64,000 nt of DNA from the human T2T-CHM13v2.0 reference genome, Homo sapiens, in NCBI RefSeq assembly GCF_009914755.1, contig NC_060930.1. One strand, 5' to 3'. The position numbers were made by a program, and so were the translations under genes. The notes beneath the pieces are model-generated. The model had not been told where the DNA came from. It was given only the letters and a program-made list of their open reading frames with translations, and ran no database searches. Of the stretch, positions 39,801 to 55,978 are shown one piece after another; within the stretch, counting starts at the first letter, position 1; each line of letters opens with the position of its first letter.

Positions 39801-41144
39801 CATAACAAGAAACTTCTCTGGACACACATTTTATCCAGTGAAGATGTTTTTAAAATGTGATTAATTAACATTTTTTCAGGTGGACTTTAGCCTGACTTAC
39901 AGCCAACTAGCTACAAACCAAGATTTCTTTCTTGTGAATAACAATTTAAATTGGCAACTTGTGAATCACAAGATCTTTCCAGTCCTCACTGAATGTGATA
40001 AAGCCATTTATGTTGAACCCAGTGTGTGTTTTAGTTGCTTTCTCATAATGTAGGAAATGACATCAACAAATTGTAAAATGTTTAATGACTGAAACAACAA
40101 TTATACTTAAATTCCTTTTCAAATCCAATGAATCATACTAACCTGTAACCTCTGTCCCTCTCCCTCCCCACAGAATAAGAGCTCCTCTCTTAAGGCAGCC
40201 CCCACCAATCCCTGCTGCCCCCTTTAAAATCCCTTCATGCCCATCCCTTCTGTAACTAAGAAATCTTGGACTGTTTGCACCAACTTCAAGAAACATGAAG
40301 AGGTCTCACATTTTTAGTTGCCTTTGGAGATGGGAGCAGGATAGACAGAGTCAGGAGTAGAATGAGACTTCCTCAAGATATGTATGTTACAGAATTTTGA
40401 CTTTTAAAGATTGAGATGTACAAAAACTTAAAAGAAAAAATATGAAGAAAATGAAGAGAGGCAGTATGGTGAGAAAATGAAGTGACTGGAGGAGACAGCA
40501 CAGCCAATATTTCACTCACAATCATTAGTCTTTATCTCATCTTTCTGCACCCCAGATTTTCCCTGGGGTGACTTATGAAATTTCAATTAACGAACCACCA
40601 ACAAAGAACAGAGGCGAAACTGAGTCAACAAAAGGCTCTTGATACTTAAGTTCAGATTCCTTGGCAATCTTTCAAAGTTTTTCTTTGGCAGACCTCAGCA
40701 CAACCACGTAAGAATATGTCTATGTCTTTGAGTTCATCTTAATGTTCTTTATACAGCTTTCTTATCTGTGACACAGAACAAGTTTCACTAAAACCATATC
40801 AAGCTTCTGGTTCCAACTATAGGTCTGTGTTAGAGAGCCACACCTGAAAAATCAAGCATGTCAGATGCAGACCTGTATGCCTTTACTGCTGTTCAAGAGG
40901 AAAGTGTAAGTGCTGTGGGAGGAAGGCAGGAGGAGGAGCCAGAGGCTTGGTAGGGGTGAAGGTAGATGGAGAAGAATGACTAAAAGTAAGTGCAAAAAAT
41001 ACTGCAGGAAAGCAGTTTGAGATAACTAAGGCAGCATTCCAGTGTATCCACTTAAGGAAGGGTTGTTAATACAGCTATACTTCTGTGGATAAGAAATTAA
41101 CTTACTGTATAATTGCATTCTCGGAAGATCTTTCAAGACTCTTC

Positions 41145-41171
41145 TGTGTGTGTGTGTGTGTGTGTGTGTGT
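41145..41171. repeat. (TG)13 microsatellite
   Basis: Perfect TG array. Confidence 0.97.
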
Positions 41172-42273
41172 TGATAAAAACTCTCACTTCTAGTAAACTT
41201 AGGATAATAGGCTATGTCTTGCTAATCTATCTCACTGGTTATTGAAAAACTGTCGCTCTGTAGTCAGGGGTGGCAGGAATTTAAGTTGAAAGCATGATAT
41301 GACTACAAAATGTGCATTTCTAGATACGCAGCCCTTCCCCAAACAGACTTGGCAGAATAAGTTAGTTTAAATGGTTGGTTCCATCTGTGTGGTAAAATTG
41401 TGTCTGACATCTGTTTAAAATGAGCACAAGATGCTTGAAAAAGAAGGGCAAGCCTCACTGTTGAACGTGATGGAATCTGGGGGCCATGGCCCTCGTGTGT
41501 ATGTACAAGCTCACAGCTCACACGGTTCACCAGTCTTGTCAGCTGTTACTACCTTTTTATCTGGATCCTGTTAACTTGAGATTTGTTCTTAGCTTATGGA
41601 AAAGGTCTCCCTGTGTTTTCTTCCTCCAGATAGGAGAAGTCTCTTGGCAGAGTTCTTCAAAGGCAGTTAAGTCAGTAGCATCATGGAAATTTGGCAGCAA
41701 GTTGAGTACCAGAGCAGATCTAAACGTTAGTTTAGGTTATTTTCACAAGCAATTGTTCCACAATTTTTCATCCCTTTATTTTAGCAGTTAGCATAATCAC
41801 TCACAACAGTTCCTAAAGTGAACCTGCTTGTCCATTCTTATCATTGTGTAGTCTGAATAACCATGAAATTTAAATTTAAATTGGATACATAAACATGGCA
41901 AAACATGAATAAATCATCCAAGGCCTTCTGAATTGTTCAGTTTTCACCTGCTTAAAGTTAATGCAAAAAGTCAAATTGAGGCCTTTGATTAAATAAAAAA
42001 TTGAACAACTAGATTACTTTGATATATTTCATCTCTGGTAATTTTGTTCTTTTGCCTTTTAAATCATTTTAAATTGCTTTGAGTGTTGCCAAAATGCATG
42101 CTCACCCTAATCTATTATAACTATAAGTAGGAACTTTGTGCCTCTAATTAAAAAAGAAGATGTATATTCTAGGTGATTTAATCCACTCTATATTTGTTGG
42201 GTTACTTGGGAAGTGTTGCAGATTAATATAGAAGGAATTAGGACTTGGTCCTTGAATAGTGTCTCAAATATTA

Positions 42274-42567
<294 letters not shown>

Positions 42568-42689
42568 TCAAAATAAGGCCAACCTTAAAATATCCCAGGT
42601 ACTAAATCATTTAGCCTATAATCTGATATCACTGTTTAACAGAAACTTTTCCATTGCTGTCAACTAAAAGGTAAGAAAAGGGAATGAAA

Positions 42690-42910
42690 CTAATAAATTC
42701 TGAGCACATGCTTCGTGTTGGATACATTTAGTGCTTTACATTTGCTTTTTGTGCTAAATCCTTTACTAAGTTTATCATTTCATGCAATACCTGCAACAAC
42801 CCAGTGACAACATCTTTATTTTACATATGAAAGAAACAGACTCAGAGAGGTTGCTCAAAGCCACACAACAAGTCAGTTATCAGAAGAAGAAAAGATCCAA
42901 ACCAGAGCCA
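42690..42910 (-). mobile_element. MIR SINE
   Basis: CAACAACCCAGTGA..ATTTTACATATGAAAGAAACAGACTCAGAGAGGTTGCTCAAAGCCACAC. Confidence 0.65.
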
Positions 42911-43065
42911 AAATTATTTAGCAGCCTCAAAAAAATTGACTTCAGTGTCTAACCTTCCCTCGTGTTTAAATACTCTTTCCAGGATAGGAGATGTAATTAA
43001 AACAATAGCTAAACAAAAACTCAAGCCATTATATCCCTTGAGGGCTGGGGGGAAGATTTAAATTG

Positions 43066-43313
43066 GTTTTGTTGTTATTTGGTTTTTTCTTTTTTCTTTT
43101 TTTTTTTTTTTTTGAAGCTTCTTTTTAACCCTTTTTTTCTTTCTTTCTTTCTTTTATTTTTTTTATTTTTTTATTTTTTATTTTTTATTTTTGGTAGAAA
43201 CAGGGTCTTGCTATGTTGCTCAGGCTGGTCTCAAACTCCTGGCCTGAAACTATCCTCCCACCTCCACCTCCCAAAATGTTGAGATTACAGACATGAGCTG
43301 CTGTACCCAGCCT
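43066..43313 (-). mobile_element. FLAM (Alu left monomer) with long T-rich tail
   Basis: GTAGAAACAGGGTCTTGCTATGTTGCTCAGGCTGGTCTCAAACTCC...GTACCCAGCC. Confidence 0.9.
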
Positions 43314-43739
43314 TTGCTTTTTTCTTGACATGAAATCTTACATGCAAAACCTATGTATTCAACAGATTAAAACTGAGATACTCTTGTTGGAGGAGAAAAG
43401 GGGCAAGGTAAGCTGAACTCCTGAAACTCTGGCTTTCCCCCCTCCCACCAAGATGGGCTTCTGACATCTCAGAAGGACCACTGGTTTAAGTTATGTTAGG
43501 CAATCTGAATGTATAATAGAGTTACTGTTAATAGACTATTTAAAGGTTCCTGAAAAGTAAGCATGGATGAAAACAGATGTTTAGAGCACTAGGTGTTCAG
43601 GCCCGTTGCATTACAGTGCCCAGACACTAGCAGCCAGGCTGGGCTTTGCCTCTACTTTAGAGCACAGCCTTGAGTGCTTCACTTCGCCTTGTGGGTCTGG
43701 GTTTTCTAAGCTTCATAATGAGTAAGGGTGGACCTAGAG

Positions 43740-44223
<484 letters not shown>

Positions 44224-44589
44224 GTCAGGGTGATCTCCCTGTTTCCTTCCATGTCTACACTGATTGTTTTCATCGAAATGCTAATGAGGATATTTTTAAA
44301 TGCCTCCGTTCCATAGCATCGGGAGCTTAAGGAAAGTTCATTCTTATGTCACTCTCCTAGTGTCCATATTATTCATGGACTGAATTTAATCACATCATGG
44401 TCCTTTTTCATAGAAAACCTGAGAAAAAGGTGGGTAGCTTAAGGAGTTCCCCAGGAAAAGATTTCATTCTTGTTCTCATCTTTTTTTTCCAGGTCTTTTC
44501 AATGTTTTCTATAAATCACTCTTAAATGTTAAGTCTTACAAATTATAAAAAAGAAAAATTCTGAGCCCTCCTTCAGAATGACTACATTA

Positions 44590-44712
44590 TTTTCTAGATT
44601 CCTTAGAGCAAGTGCTGTGCCTTATGAACTGATGTGTCCCTGGAGCCTAATATAGTGGGTGCCTGGCACATAATAGGTGCTCCATCTTTTTTTTTTCTTT
44701 TTATGAATGAAA
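44590..44712 (+). mobile_element. L2 3' end
   Basis: GTGCCTGGCACATAATAGGTGCTC...TGAATGAA. Confidence 0.7.
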
Positions 44713-46957
44713 GGCATCCAAGCTTTCAAAATTCTGACTCATGTTACATGGAAAGGGTTCCCTTATGAAGCTCAAACTGCCCATTACAAGAGAACAGTTT
44801 GAACATGATATAAAACAAATGGGCAGTAGAGAGGTAGTCAATGTGATAGCCTCCCCATCCCCATCCCAAGGTTACCAGTTGGGAAGATGAGTGGTTGATT
44901 TGATAGGGATTGTTTCACATAACCTCTTTATAACATATAGTTAGTGGAAGCACAACTTACTGTTGTGTTCAATTTATAAACACTGTTTCACAATTGTTTT
45001 TCATGTGAGGTTTAATATCCTGCCTGTCTAGCCCCAGACACCCATTCTACACATCCCTCCATCATATCCATGGGCACAATCACAGCCACTCCCTTCATCA
45101 AACATGTGCTCACTTTCTAGGCTCTCACTTTAAGTGTCTATCTGTAAGCTATTAAAGTCAAACATTTCTGCTATATTGATATGGTTATGGGATTTAGATT
45201 ATTTTGTGCAGGTATATTAAGGTAAAACAGAATATGAAAACCATATGAGGCCTAACATATGAGGTACATAATAAATATGTGTTCAATTAATGTTATCAGG
45301 CCTTACACTAAGGTCAAGAATCAGGTAACAATCCCAGTGGCATAAATGGAAGAATTGCCCTAGTAAGTACAATGGAAACATAATTTCTTACATTTTCAAA
45401 GTGCAATACATTATCTGAAAACAGGAAAAAATGTGGTAACCATCCATAGTAACACATTAGGGAGAGATGTTAATGTTCCTATACCACAGCCAGGATCTAT
45501 TTCACTAACAGCACCAATGAATGCAAAACTTTATGGAAGCCTATATATATGCTACCTGTTTATGGCAGTAAACGTGAAGAGAAGAGGTGTTTATCTTTCT
45601 CTTTTCTCCTGAATACTTCTGAATTATATCTCAACACTTAGAATATTAGCAGCCAGCCAGTACTCTTTGTTTTCCCTCTCGAAAATATGAACTTTAAATC
45701 AGATATTTTTGCAGGAGAAAATAAGTTTAGTAATCTGGGGTCTTGTTATGAGGCAGAATATGCATCAATAAGCAGAATAAAATGCATTCAGCTTTCAGGC
45801 TAGGCCTGGACAATAACGACCCTGCAAATCAGAGCTAGAATTCTAAATGCTGTGCCTGGGAATCTGCCCAGGGCCTTTTGGGCTCTCATTTTTGCTGTTT
45901 TGTATTTGATATTTCATTTATATGCATCAAACTAATACCAACTTTCATATTTGGGCAAGGAAAGGAAGAGAGAATGGTTGCTAGAATTAAAGAACTCCAA
46001 GGAACTCTCTAAGGAACATAGCTCCTAATAAAGGTTTCAGAGTTCCATATTTTTAGAAAACATGTATGTATTGATTATCTACAAAGACATTCAACACACC
46101 TCCTTAATTCTAGAAATAATGCTACCAGTTGTGGATATCATGAAAATATTTTAGGAGGCATAATTTACTACAGCATATCTGAGTTGAAAGAGTAGCGAAC
46201 AATATTCTTTTGGTTATGTAATATGCTGGGCAGCCCTGAGATTCAGAAATGTTGAGGAAAACAAGAATTCTTCCCCATAAATAAATCACACTGTCTCATT
46301 TTAGAGTTTACAGTATAAAATGATAGTTTTTATCACTTTTTAAGTTGCTTTGGGGAAAACTCAAACTGAAACTGTTGGTGAATGAAATTTTATAAACTTG
46401 AGAATCCGGGAGATTCACGACACAATTCAAACCTACTTACAGGAATTATATCCCAAAGCACAGAAGTGTGAAAAGTGTCTTGAGTGTGTTTAATTTCTTA
46501 ACTAAGCTTTCAACAATAGCTCTTTTCATCTAAGACTTGAAAACAAATAAATGTAGAGAGATTTTATGCTGCTAAGGATTTTTGAAAACATGCCAAGCTG
46601 TAGGCCAGAAGGGAAAGGAATGCTTTGATACACGCTATTTTGCGTGTGCTGAGTTTTTATCTCTAACAGAGTAGGATCATACTGAAAGAAGCCTGACAAC
46701 ACACCCTTACTGACATTATTATGACATCAGAGCCCCTCAAATAATGGGAATTACTAACATAAAACTAAGTAAGGAGGAGAAAGTGACCAAATGATCCCAT
46801 GGCCATTCCATCACAGTATCACTAGCACAAATGATCCAGATCTATCAATAAGCAACTAATTAAGACAAACTTTACACTGCCCATGATGTCAATTTATAAA
46901 AATATTTATTTGTGAAATAAACATCTCCAGTCCCTTATTTTCTTAACTTTTTAATAA

Positions 46958-47333
<376 letters not shown>

Positions 47334-47391
47334 CAGATAAGTTACTTTTATACAGAACTGTTATCTAATGAAACAAAAAAAGACTCTTCTA

Positions 47392-47588
47392 TCCAGGCAT
47401 GGTGGCCTGTGCCCGTAGTTCCCACCACTCAGGACCCTCTTGTCTTCTGAGTAGCTGGAACTACAGGTGCAGGCCACCATACTTCAGAGGTGGGAGGATC
47501 ATTTAAGCCCAGGAATTCGAGGCTGCAGTGAGCTGTGATCACATCAATACACTCCAGCCTGAGGAACAGCTCATCTCTTTAAAAAAAA
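47392..47588 (+). mobile_element. FRAM/FAM-type Alu monomer with internal inverted duplication
   Basis: CCAGGCATGGTGG...GAGGTGGGAGGATC...GAGGCTGCAGTGAGC; 47445-47480 is a reverse-complement copy of 47399-47434. Confidence 0.85.
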
Positions 47589-47596
47589 TGCAGTTA

Positions 47597-47716
47597 GAGC
47601 CAGGGATGGCGGGCTTGTGCCTGTAGTTTCCACTAGTGAGCCTGAGGTAGAAGGATAGCTTGAGCCCAGGAGTTTGAGACCAGCCTGGGCAACATAGTGA
47701 GACCCTGTCTCCAAAG
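47597..47716 (+). mobile_element. FLAM monomer
   Basis: GCTTGAGCCCAGGAGTTTGAGACCAGCCTGGGCAACATAGTGAGACCCTGTCTC. Confidence 0.88.
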
Positions 47717-47942
47717 TTACTATTCTAAATGGTTAATAATTTATTCACTTCTGAAGCTGATGAAATTTAAGAAACTGAAAAGTAAATATAATGTGGACCC
47801 TCATTATATACTGTGGATAAGAGTGATATAAAAGAAAAATTAGATAATGACACAAAATACACATTTATAATCACATGCCAAACTAGGCAAGACCACAAGC
47901 ATTTTTTGGAAATGATTTCAGGTTAAAGTGGAGTGGACTGGA

Positions 47943-48375
<433 letters not shown>

Positions 48376-48501
48376 TCAGGTAATTGTGCATGTGGAGAAA
48401 AGAGGTTGACAGAGGAGAACAGAGAGATTATATCTGTAAGTGAAGTAACTCAGGAATGGAAAACCTAAAACCACATGTTCTCACTTGTAAGTGGGAGCCA
48501 A

Positions 48502-49008
<507 letters not shown>

Positions 49009-49139
49009 TTACTCAAGTGATGGGTGCACTAAAATCCCAGACTTCACTACCATACAATTCATCCATATAACTGAAAACCACCTGTACACCTAAAGCTACT
49101 GAAATTTTTTAAAATTAATAAGTAAAATAAATCACTAAG

Positions 49140-49390
49140 CTCAGAACAGAGAGAGAAGCCATGTCTGGGTCATGCATGGTGGCCTTGAAAGGCAGCTGAA
49201 ACTCTGTTTAGTCCAGAGGGACATAGAGAATCACTGAAGGTTGTTAGAGATGGAAACCGAACTGAAATAAGGAGGAATTCAGGAGTAATTTATAGACTGT
49301 GTGGCAGCAGAGAAAAAGTGGAGCCAGAGAGACTAATAGGGAACCAATGGCAGCATCCAGTTGTGAGGCCACTGGAGCCAGGACTGGATG
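49140..49390 (-). mobile_element. L2 fragment
   Basis: GGCCTTGAAAGGCAG..TCACTGAAGGTT..GAGACTAATAGGGAACC..GCAGCATCCAG. Confidence 0.55.
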
Positions 49391-50250
49391 GAGACAATTT
49401 ACTTGCTTCTCAAGGCCACACACTGTCCCTCTGCAAAGGACCTTATGCTTGCTATTATGCAATGCCCAGCTACAATCAACACCTATCTTTCATTTAGGAA
49501 TTTTGTTACCTGAGGATTTAGATGCATTTAAAGACACTCTTGATTCTTTATTTCCTCTAAATTAATGAGATTTATATCTCATACTTCTCAGAGGAAAAAA
49601 ATGGTTTAATCCTAGTTCTAATGTTTATAAGCTGAAAGAGCCTCATTTCTCAAAAAATAAATAAATAAATAAAGCACTAAGTTAATTTACATATTTACAA
49701 AAGAAAAAACATTCTGCAGTTGGTTGAGTTTATGTGACAAGTATTTTCAGACATTTTAGAGTGAGTTTCCTTTGAAGGCAGTGATAAGAGTTTAAACTTC
49801 AGGTCTAAAGTAAAATATTTTAAATGGCTCCTTAGCTTTGCTTGCTAAAAAGTAGAACATTATCCAATGGAGATGGAAAAAAACCCTCTTTGCTTGGCCA
49901 GTGCAATACATGGGCTGCATATACGGAATTCATACTTGCAAATGTTCTATTTTAAGCTTGAGTCAAAATATGATTTGGCTAATATATTTTAGCACCTGTT
50001 TTTCACTGAACAAACCTCAGTCTTACTGGAATTAAGTGTATTATTTATTTTAATTTATGACTATTTTATCTTACTAAATGCCATAGAAAATCAATTGATA
50101 TCTGCATTTCTAATACATGAAAATGCCTAAAATCTGGAAAGGAGTATTGTTTAGCAAATAAATATACATTGCTTAAATGATAGTATAATAGAAAACATTC
50201 ATGTTAAAAACTGAGTTGGAAACCTTCATTTAGATTGCTATAGCTATTAA

Positions 50251-50563
<313 letters not shown>

Positions 50564-51282
50564 ACAGATTTTATTTTTAAGATGGTGAGCTTCGTATATT
50601 TTTTTGTGAAGTCAGTCATGATGAGTTTCAGTGCCTTGTTTGAGGTCTCACAATTTTCTTTTGCTTGAGAAAATTTTTTAAAAATGAATATTTACTTAAA
50701 TGAATCATAGCAATGCTGTCTTGACCACTTTTACAACATTAGTTCTCAAGCCAGTGAGTTTCTTGGCAGCTTTGTATTTATTCAATCAGTGTACTCAGTA
50801 AACGTAATTGTGCCCTGATAGACTTTTAAATGTAAGTTATCAAACATTAAAAATGATGGCATCATTTAAGCTGCTCACTTTACTCCTCTGGATGACCCTT
50901 GCAATTACATGTGGATTATTATAGAGATCTGGTCAAATGTTTTGTATTAATCAATAGTAGGAACAAGCCTCATTACTCTCAAGTTTCTAAGAATATTTGC
51001 AGCCTTCATAGGTTTTCATGTTGTAATTCTGTTTATTTGTTGATTCTAAAACAAACCACCTTTATTCATAGTGAAAATATGCCTTAGGGTACAGAAAGAC
51101 ATTATTTGTATATGAACTATAAATACCTTATTGATTTCCTATCCTTGGTGATTACAAGAAAATATTCATTTAAGATCATCTCTTATATAATTTAATAACA
51201 GCAATACCATTCTTTGCTTTTTAAATAAAAAAGTTATGATACTTAGAATTTTACATATTTTGAAATTTATATGTAATTTATA

Positions 51283-52100
51283 CAGAGTTGATCCTCAATA
51301 TTATTAGTGTATTCCATGTTTGCAAATTTGCTAACCCACTAAAAATGTATTTATGAGGTGAAATAACACCTATGGCACCTTTGTGGCCCTTTACAGAGCA
51401 ACAAAAAAATTTTAGTCTCCCAACATTCGGGTTCTCAACTGAGTTTGAACAAACTGACACTCTTGTCTTCTTGTTTCAGCACTCACACTGTAAACATGTG
51501 TCCCTTGCAAGACCTATTTTCTGCTGTTTTTCACATTTTCGTGCTTTTTTTAAAAAAAATTCTTTTTTGGTTTATGTTTTATTTATCTATTTGTTTATTT
51601 TGTAGAAATTGGGTCTCACTACGTTTCCTAGGCTGGTCTCAAACTCCTGGTCTCAAGTGATCCTCCCACCTCGGCCTCGAGTGCTGGGGTTACAGGCATG
51701 CTCAGCCTTTTGTGCTTTTTGTTGATAATTTCACCACTTAAAATTGGCCCCAAGAGTAGTGCTGAAGTGCTGTCTACTGTTCCAAAGCACAAGAAGGCTG
51801 TGATGAGCCTCTTGGAGAAAACACAGTTGGTTAGATAAGCTTCTTTCAGGCATGAGTTACAGTGCTCTTGGCTGTGAGTTCAACATTAGTGAATCAACAA
51901 TATTAAATAACGTATCATTAAATGGAAGCACAGGTAAAACAATAATATGTATTGATAAGTTGATAAAACTGATGAGACCAGAGGCTCCTGGGGACTTAGT
52001 CCTGTATATCCCTACGAGCAATGGCTTGGTATTTACTAATTCAGTGTTTGTAGTGACTTTACAGAACATAACTGCCACTGCAAATAATGAGAAATGGCTG
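51283..52100 (+). mobile_element. MER82 (TcMar-Tigger) interrupted by FLAM
   Basis: TA-flanked; GTTGATCCTC..TTTGCAAATTTGC..CTTCTTGTTTCAGC..AGTGCTGAAGTGCTGTCTA..GCACAAGAAGGCTGTGATG..AATAATGAGAAATGGCTG. Confidence 0.85.
51561..51707 (-). mobile_element. FLAM monomer
   Basis: GGCTGGTCTCAAACTCCTGGTCTCAAGTGATCCTCCCACCTCGGCC; TSD TTT(C/T)GTGCTTTTT. Confidence 0.88.
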
Positions 52101-52884
52101 TATCTCCTTCTGTTTTTTTCTTTCCTAGAAGCCATTTTCTCAACATTTCATCGTGAACTATTATGGCCTCATCGGGAATGTGAAGTGTGTCATCTGAGCA
52201 GATGTTCTTATTGTTTTCCTATCCACTGACCCACAGCATCAAACAATTTAGAGGAGAAAAGTGGTCCTGTCATCTCCAGAGTTATTATCTATTTTATTTT
52301 TAAATCCAAACTTCCACAATCAAGTTGCTATTAAGGTTTATCTTATTAGCATTTAAATTTTTAGGAAATGCTCATTACTGGGTTAAGCACAAAAAAGTCA
52401 CATTGCTTGAAAAGTGCTATTTGTAAAACAGAATGGCCCACTTTGTCTATGTGTAAGAGGATCTGCTGCACATTTTTACCTGGAATAATATTGTCATGGA
52501 TTTGGACATATGTGGAAGTGCTATTTGTGTTTATGCAGATCAACCTCTTGGTTTTACAGAAGAGAGATGCCAGTCCCAGGGAGGTTAAAGTGCCTGCCCA
52601 AGGCCGTGTGCTGGAGCAGAAGGGGAGGTGCTGCCTCCAGTCGAGTTAGAGCACTTCCCACCATCCACCACCATCAGGTCCTGAAGCCAAATACAGAAGA
52701 TAGCATATATTTTTATTACTTTGAGATATCATCCTGAGCCCAAGAAGAATTTCTTGTTGCTATCTCATAAATATATTACTTTGTTATTTATTAGTTTAGG
52801 CAGTTTATGACTAGCAGTCAAATATTCCCAATAAGGTTCGAATCAAAAATGTTATTTTGTTTTTGTATTATAAAAAGAAAAGCA

Positions 52885-53270
<386 letters not shown>

Positions 53271-54394
53271 CTAAAACTTAACTTTCAGTATGGAAACAGA
53301 AACATGGGTTCAATTTAAAATCCATGACTGGATCATGAGCAGGGCAAAGTGAGAGGCATTGTGAGATAGGGCCAAATGCTTCGAGAATTTACTCCATACA
53401 GACTGTGTTCAGGAACCCAGCACTTCCTCTGTGACTCAATAACTGGCACATATGGTTGCCAGGGACTACCAACAGCTGATTTCAATAAAAGTTACCCAAT
53501 TACACCTTGAAGACCTGTTGTTTCTGGAGGGAGTTGGAGGAATTAAGGAATGTGGACTGAGTTTTTAAAATATATCTTACAGAAGTCAGAGGAAGATATA
53601 GAAGGACAGGAATATACTCAAGATACAATATTTTCTTCTACTGTACTTTTTGTTACATGGAACAGAATTTTAGCATTGGATCCCTTCAGCTGTGACAAAG
53701 GAGAAGGTCCATGGTTATAAAGTTTTCCATTAGACTCTCCTCACACACAGGAAATGAACTTCCATAAATTTAATGATATGACTCTTAGGGTTTTATTTCT
53801 CCCATTTTATAACCCTCTTTAGGATAGAAACACATTTCTTGCACTATAAAAATTTTAGTCAGCAAATTTTTCATATTCTCACTGGGATTTCATAATCAGT
53901 CTGTACACCCTTCCTATGCAATAACTTTTGATCAGTATAGTGAAATATAATGGTATTATGTAATTTTAAGATGTACATCTTAAAGACAAAAAAATATCCC
54001 TTTATTTAATTCAAGATAAATAAATCAGTGAGGAAAATGTATGGTGAAAAGTTTGGGCATATATTAGTTATCTTTCAATATATTTTTCATTTTTTTCTTT
54101 TTATTTCCTTCAACCATATGATGCAATCAACGGATATTTGTTGGGTGCTTTGATGTTTTCAGATCTATGCTATGCACTACAAGGGTCTCAAAAAGGAATG
54201 AAGAACAAAGTCCCTGCTCTCAAGAATGTAGAGTTTTCCATACAAGGTTCTAAAAACCATTAAGGTCACTTAAGATATCAGTCAGAAGGTGAATAGGATG
54301 ATGTTCCTGGATGCAAATTTTAGAAATGTGGCATACTAAAATCTTCCCCTGGAACTTCACCATTCACACCTAAGAAGTTAAAGATGTCTCAGTA

Positions 54395-54504
54395 GGTTCT
54401 CACTATGTTGTCTAGGCAGGTCTCAAACTTCTGGCCTCAAGAGATCCCTATACCTTGGCCTCCCAACGTGTGGAGGTTACAGGCATAAGCCACTGCACCT
54501 GACC
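54395..54504 (-). mobile_element. FLAM/AluJ left-arm fragment lacking a tail
   Basis: TCTCACTATGTTGTCTAGGCAGGTCTCAAACT...AGCCACTGCACCTGACC. Confidence 0.85.
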
Positions 54505-55978
54505 CATTTTCTCCTTCTGAAAACTCTTTTGGATTTTAGGATACCATGTTCTTTGGATTCTTCCCTGCTTACTCTGACCTTCCTTCTTGACCCTCACTGT
54601 CTCTTCCTCATTCGCAGGGCCACTTCTCCTTAGCGACCCCAACACAACCAAGTCTCAAAATTGGACATCTGATATATGTGACAAAGATATGTTTTCATTT
54701 ATATAAAATGTGAATAGAAACTTACATACACACACACAAACATACAAACACACACACACTCACAGTGTCTCAGAAGTTCTGCAACAAAGAAATACAGTTA
54801 TTGTCATTGAACCCAGAACTCCCTAAGTGTTTTTGACAGAGCAACTTTTTCTTGAGACAGATCTATAAAAATCTCTTGGGATAGTGGTGTTCTATGGAAA
54901 ACAGTCTGGGGAATACTGAATTAGAGAACCGTGTGAGACATTTTATTATTAACATGCAAACTCAAAGTACTGAAAGTGTAGAGAAGAGAAATATCATTAT
55001 GATCTAGACAGGTGAAGAAAAGAATCTCAAAGGAGGATAGACTTTTAAAGAAATAAGTGAAAAAAAAAACAGAACATGTGATGAGGAGGGGGAAATTCAG
55101 ATTATATCTCCCAAATTGATGATATTGATTATTTGAAAGAGGAAGGCAAAGGTGTAGACAATGATTATTAGGGACTTTGACTTTCTAAGTTATACATTTC
55201 TATATTGTTTATGTACTTGTTTTTACAAAGTTTTACAAATGTTTTATGAAGTGGCTTATTCTTATAATCCAGAGATATTCTCCTAAAACTAACTAAAGTT
55301 TATTTATCAGATTAACTAATGATGTGTATAGCTCTTACTTCCACAATTATCCATATATACATATATGCAATATTTACAAACATAGAGATGTACAAATATA
55401 ATATCTCGGCCAAAAATAATTGAAGCATCAAAGTCAACCTACATTGTAATCTTGGGCAGCACCTGTTGTTTATTCATCTCTCAAGTGTGGCTGACTTCAG
55501 GGATGAGAATAAACAATGTGATCTCTTACTAAGCTTCCCTTTGGACTAGTCATCCAATTGGTATGTGATGACTTTATACCTGAAACTAAGGAGTTGAGGA
55601 ATAAGCTGAAAATAGCCAACTTGGGTTTCCTAAGTACAGTTTGGCTTCTGTAAGAACTGTTTGGTTGCTCCTCAATTTCAGTGTATTCATTTTTTAAAGT
55701 ATATTTATTTTAAAAGTGGCAAATTCAGGTATTACTTAATAATTAAGAAGCATTTATGCCCAAACACAATATATGTTTACAACCAAATTTGAAAGTAATT
55801 GAACTGATAACACTTTAGACAAAGGAGATGTGTTATAATAAATATTATTGTCAGCTTTCCTTCATCTTAAGATTTTTTGAATCTTGGAAGAAGATATGCA
55901 TGAACTTTGTGTTGGGTATTTATAAATGTATACACATATATACATAGCAAAATGTAAGCACAATACAGGTATAACATG

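Noticed and set aside
54660-54920. Possible old hAT-Charlie fragments (also about 70-350, 4925-5030, 43330-43490)
   Set aside because: Faint resemblance only; family and boundaries cannot be supported without a profile search.
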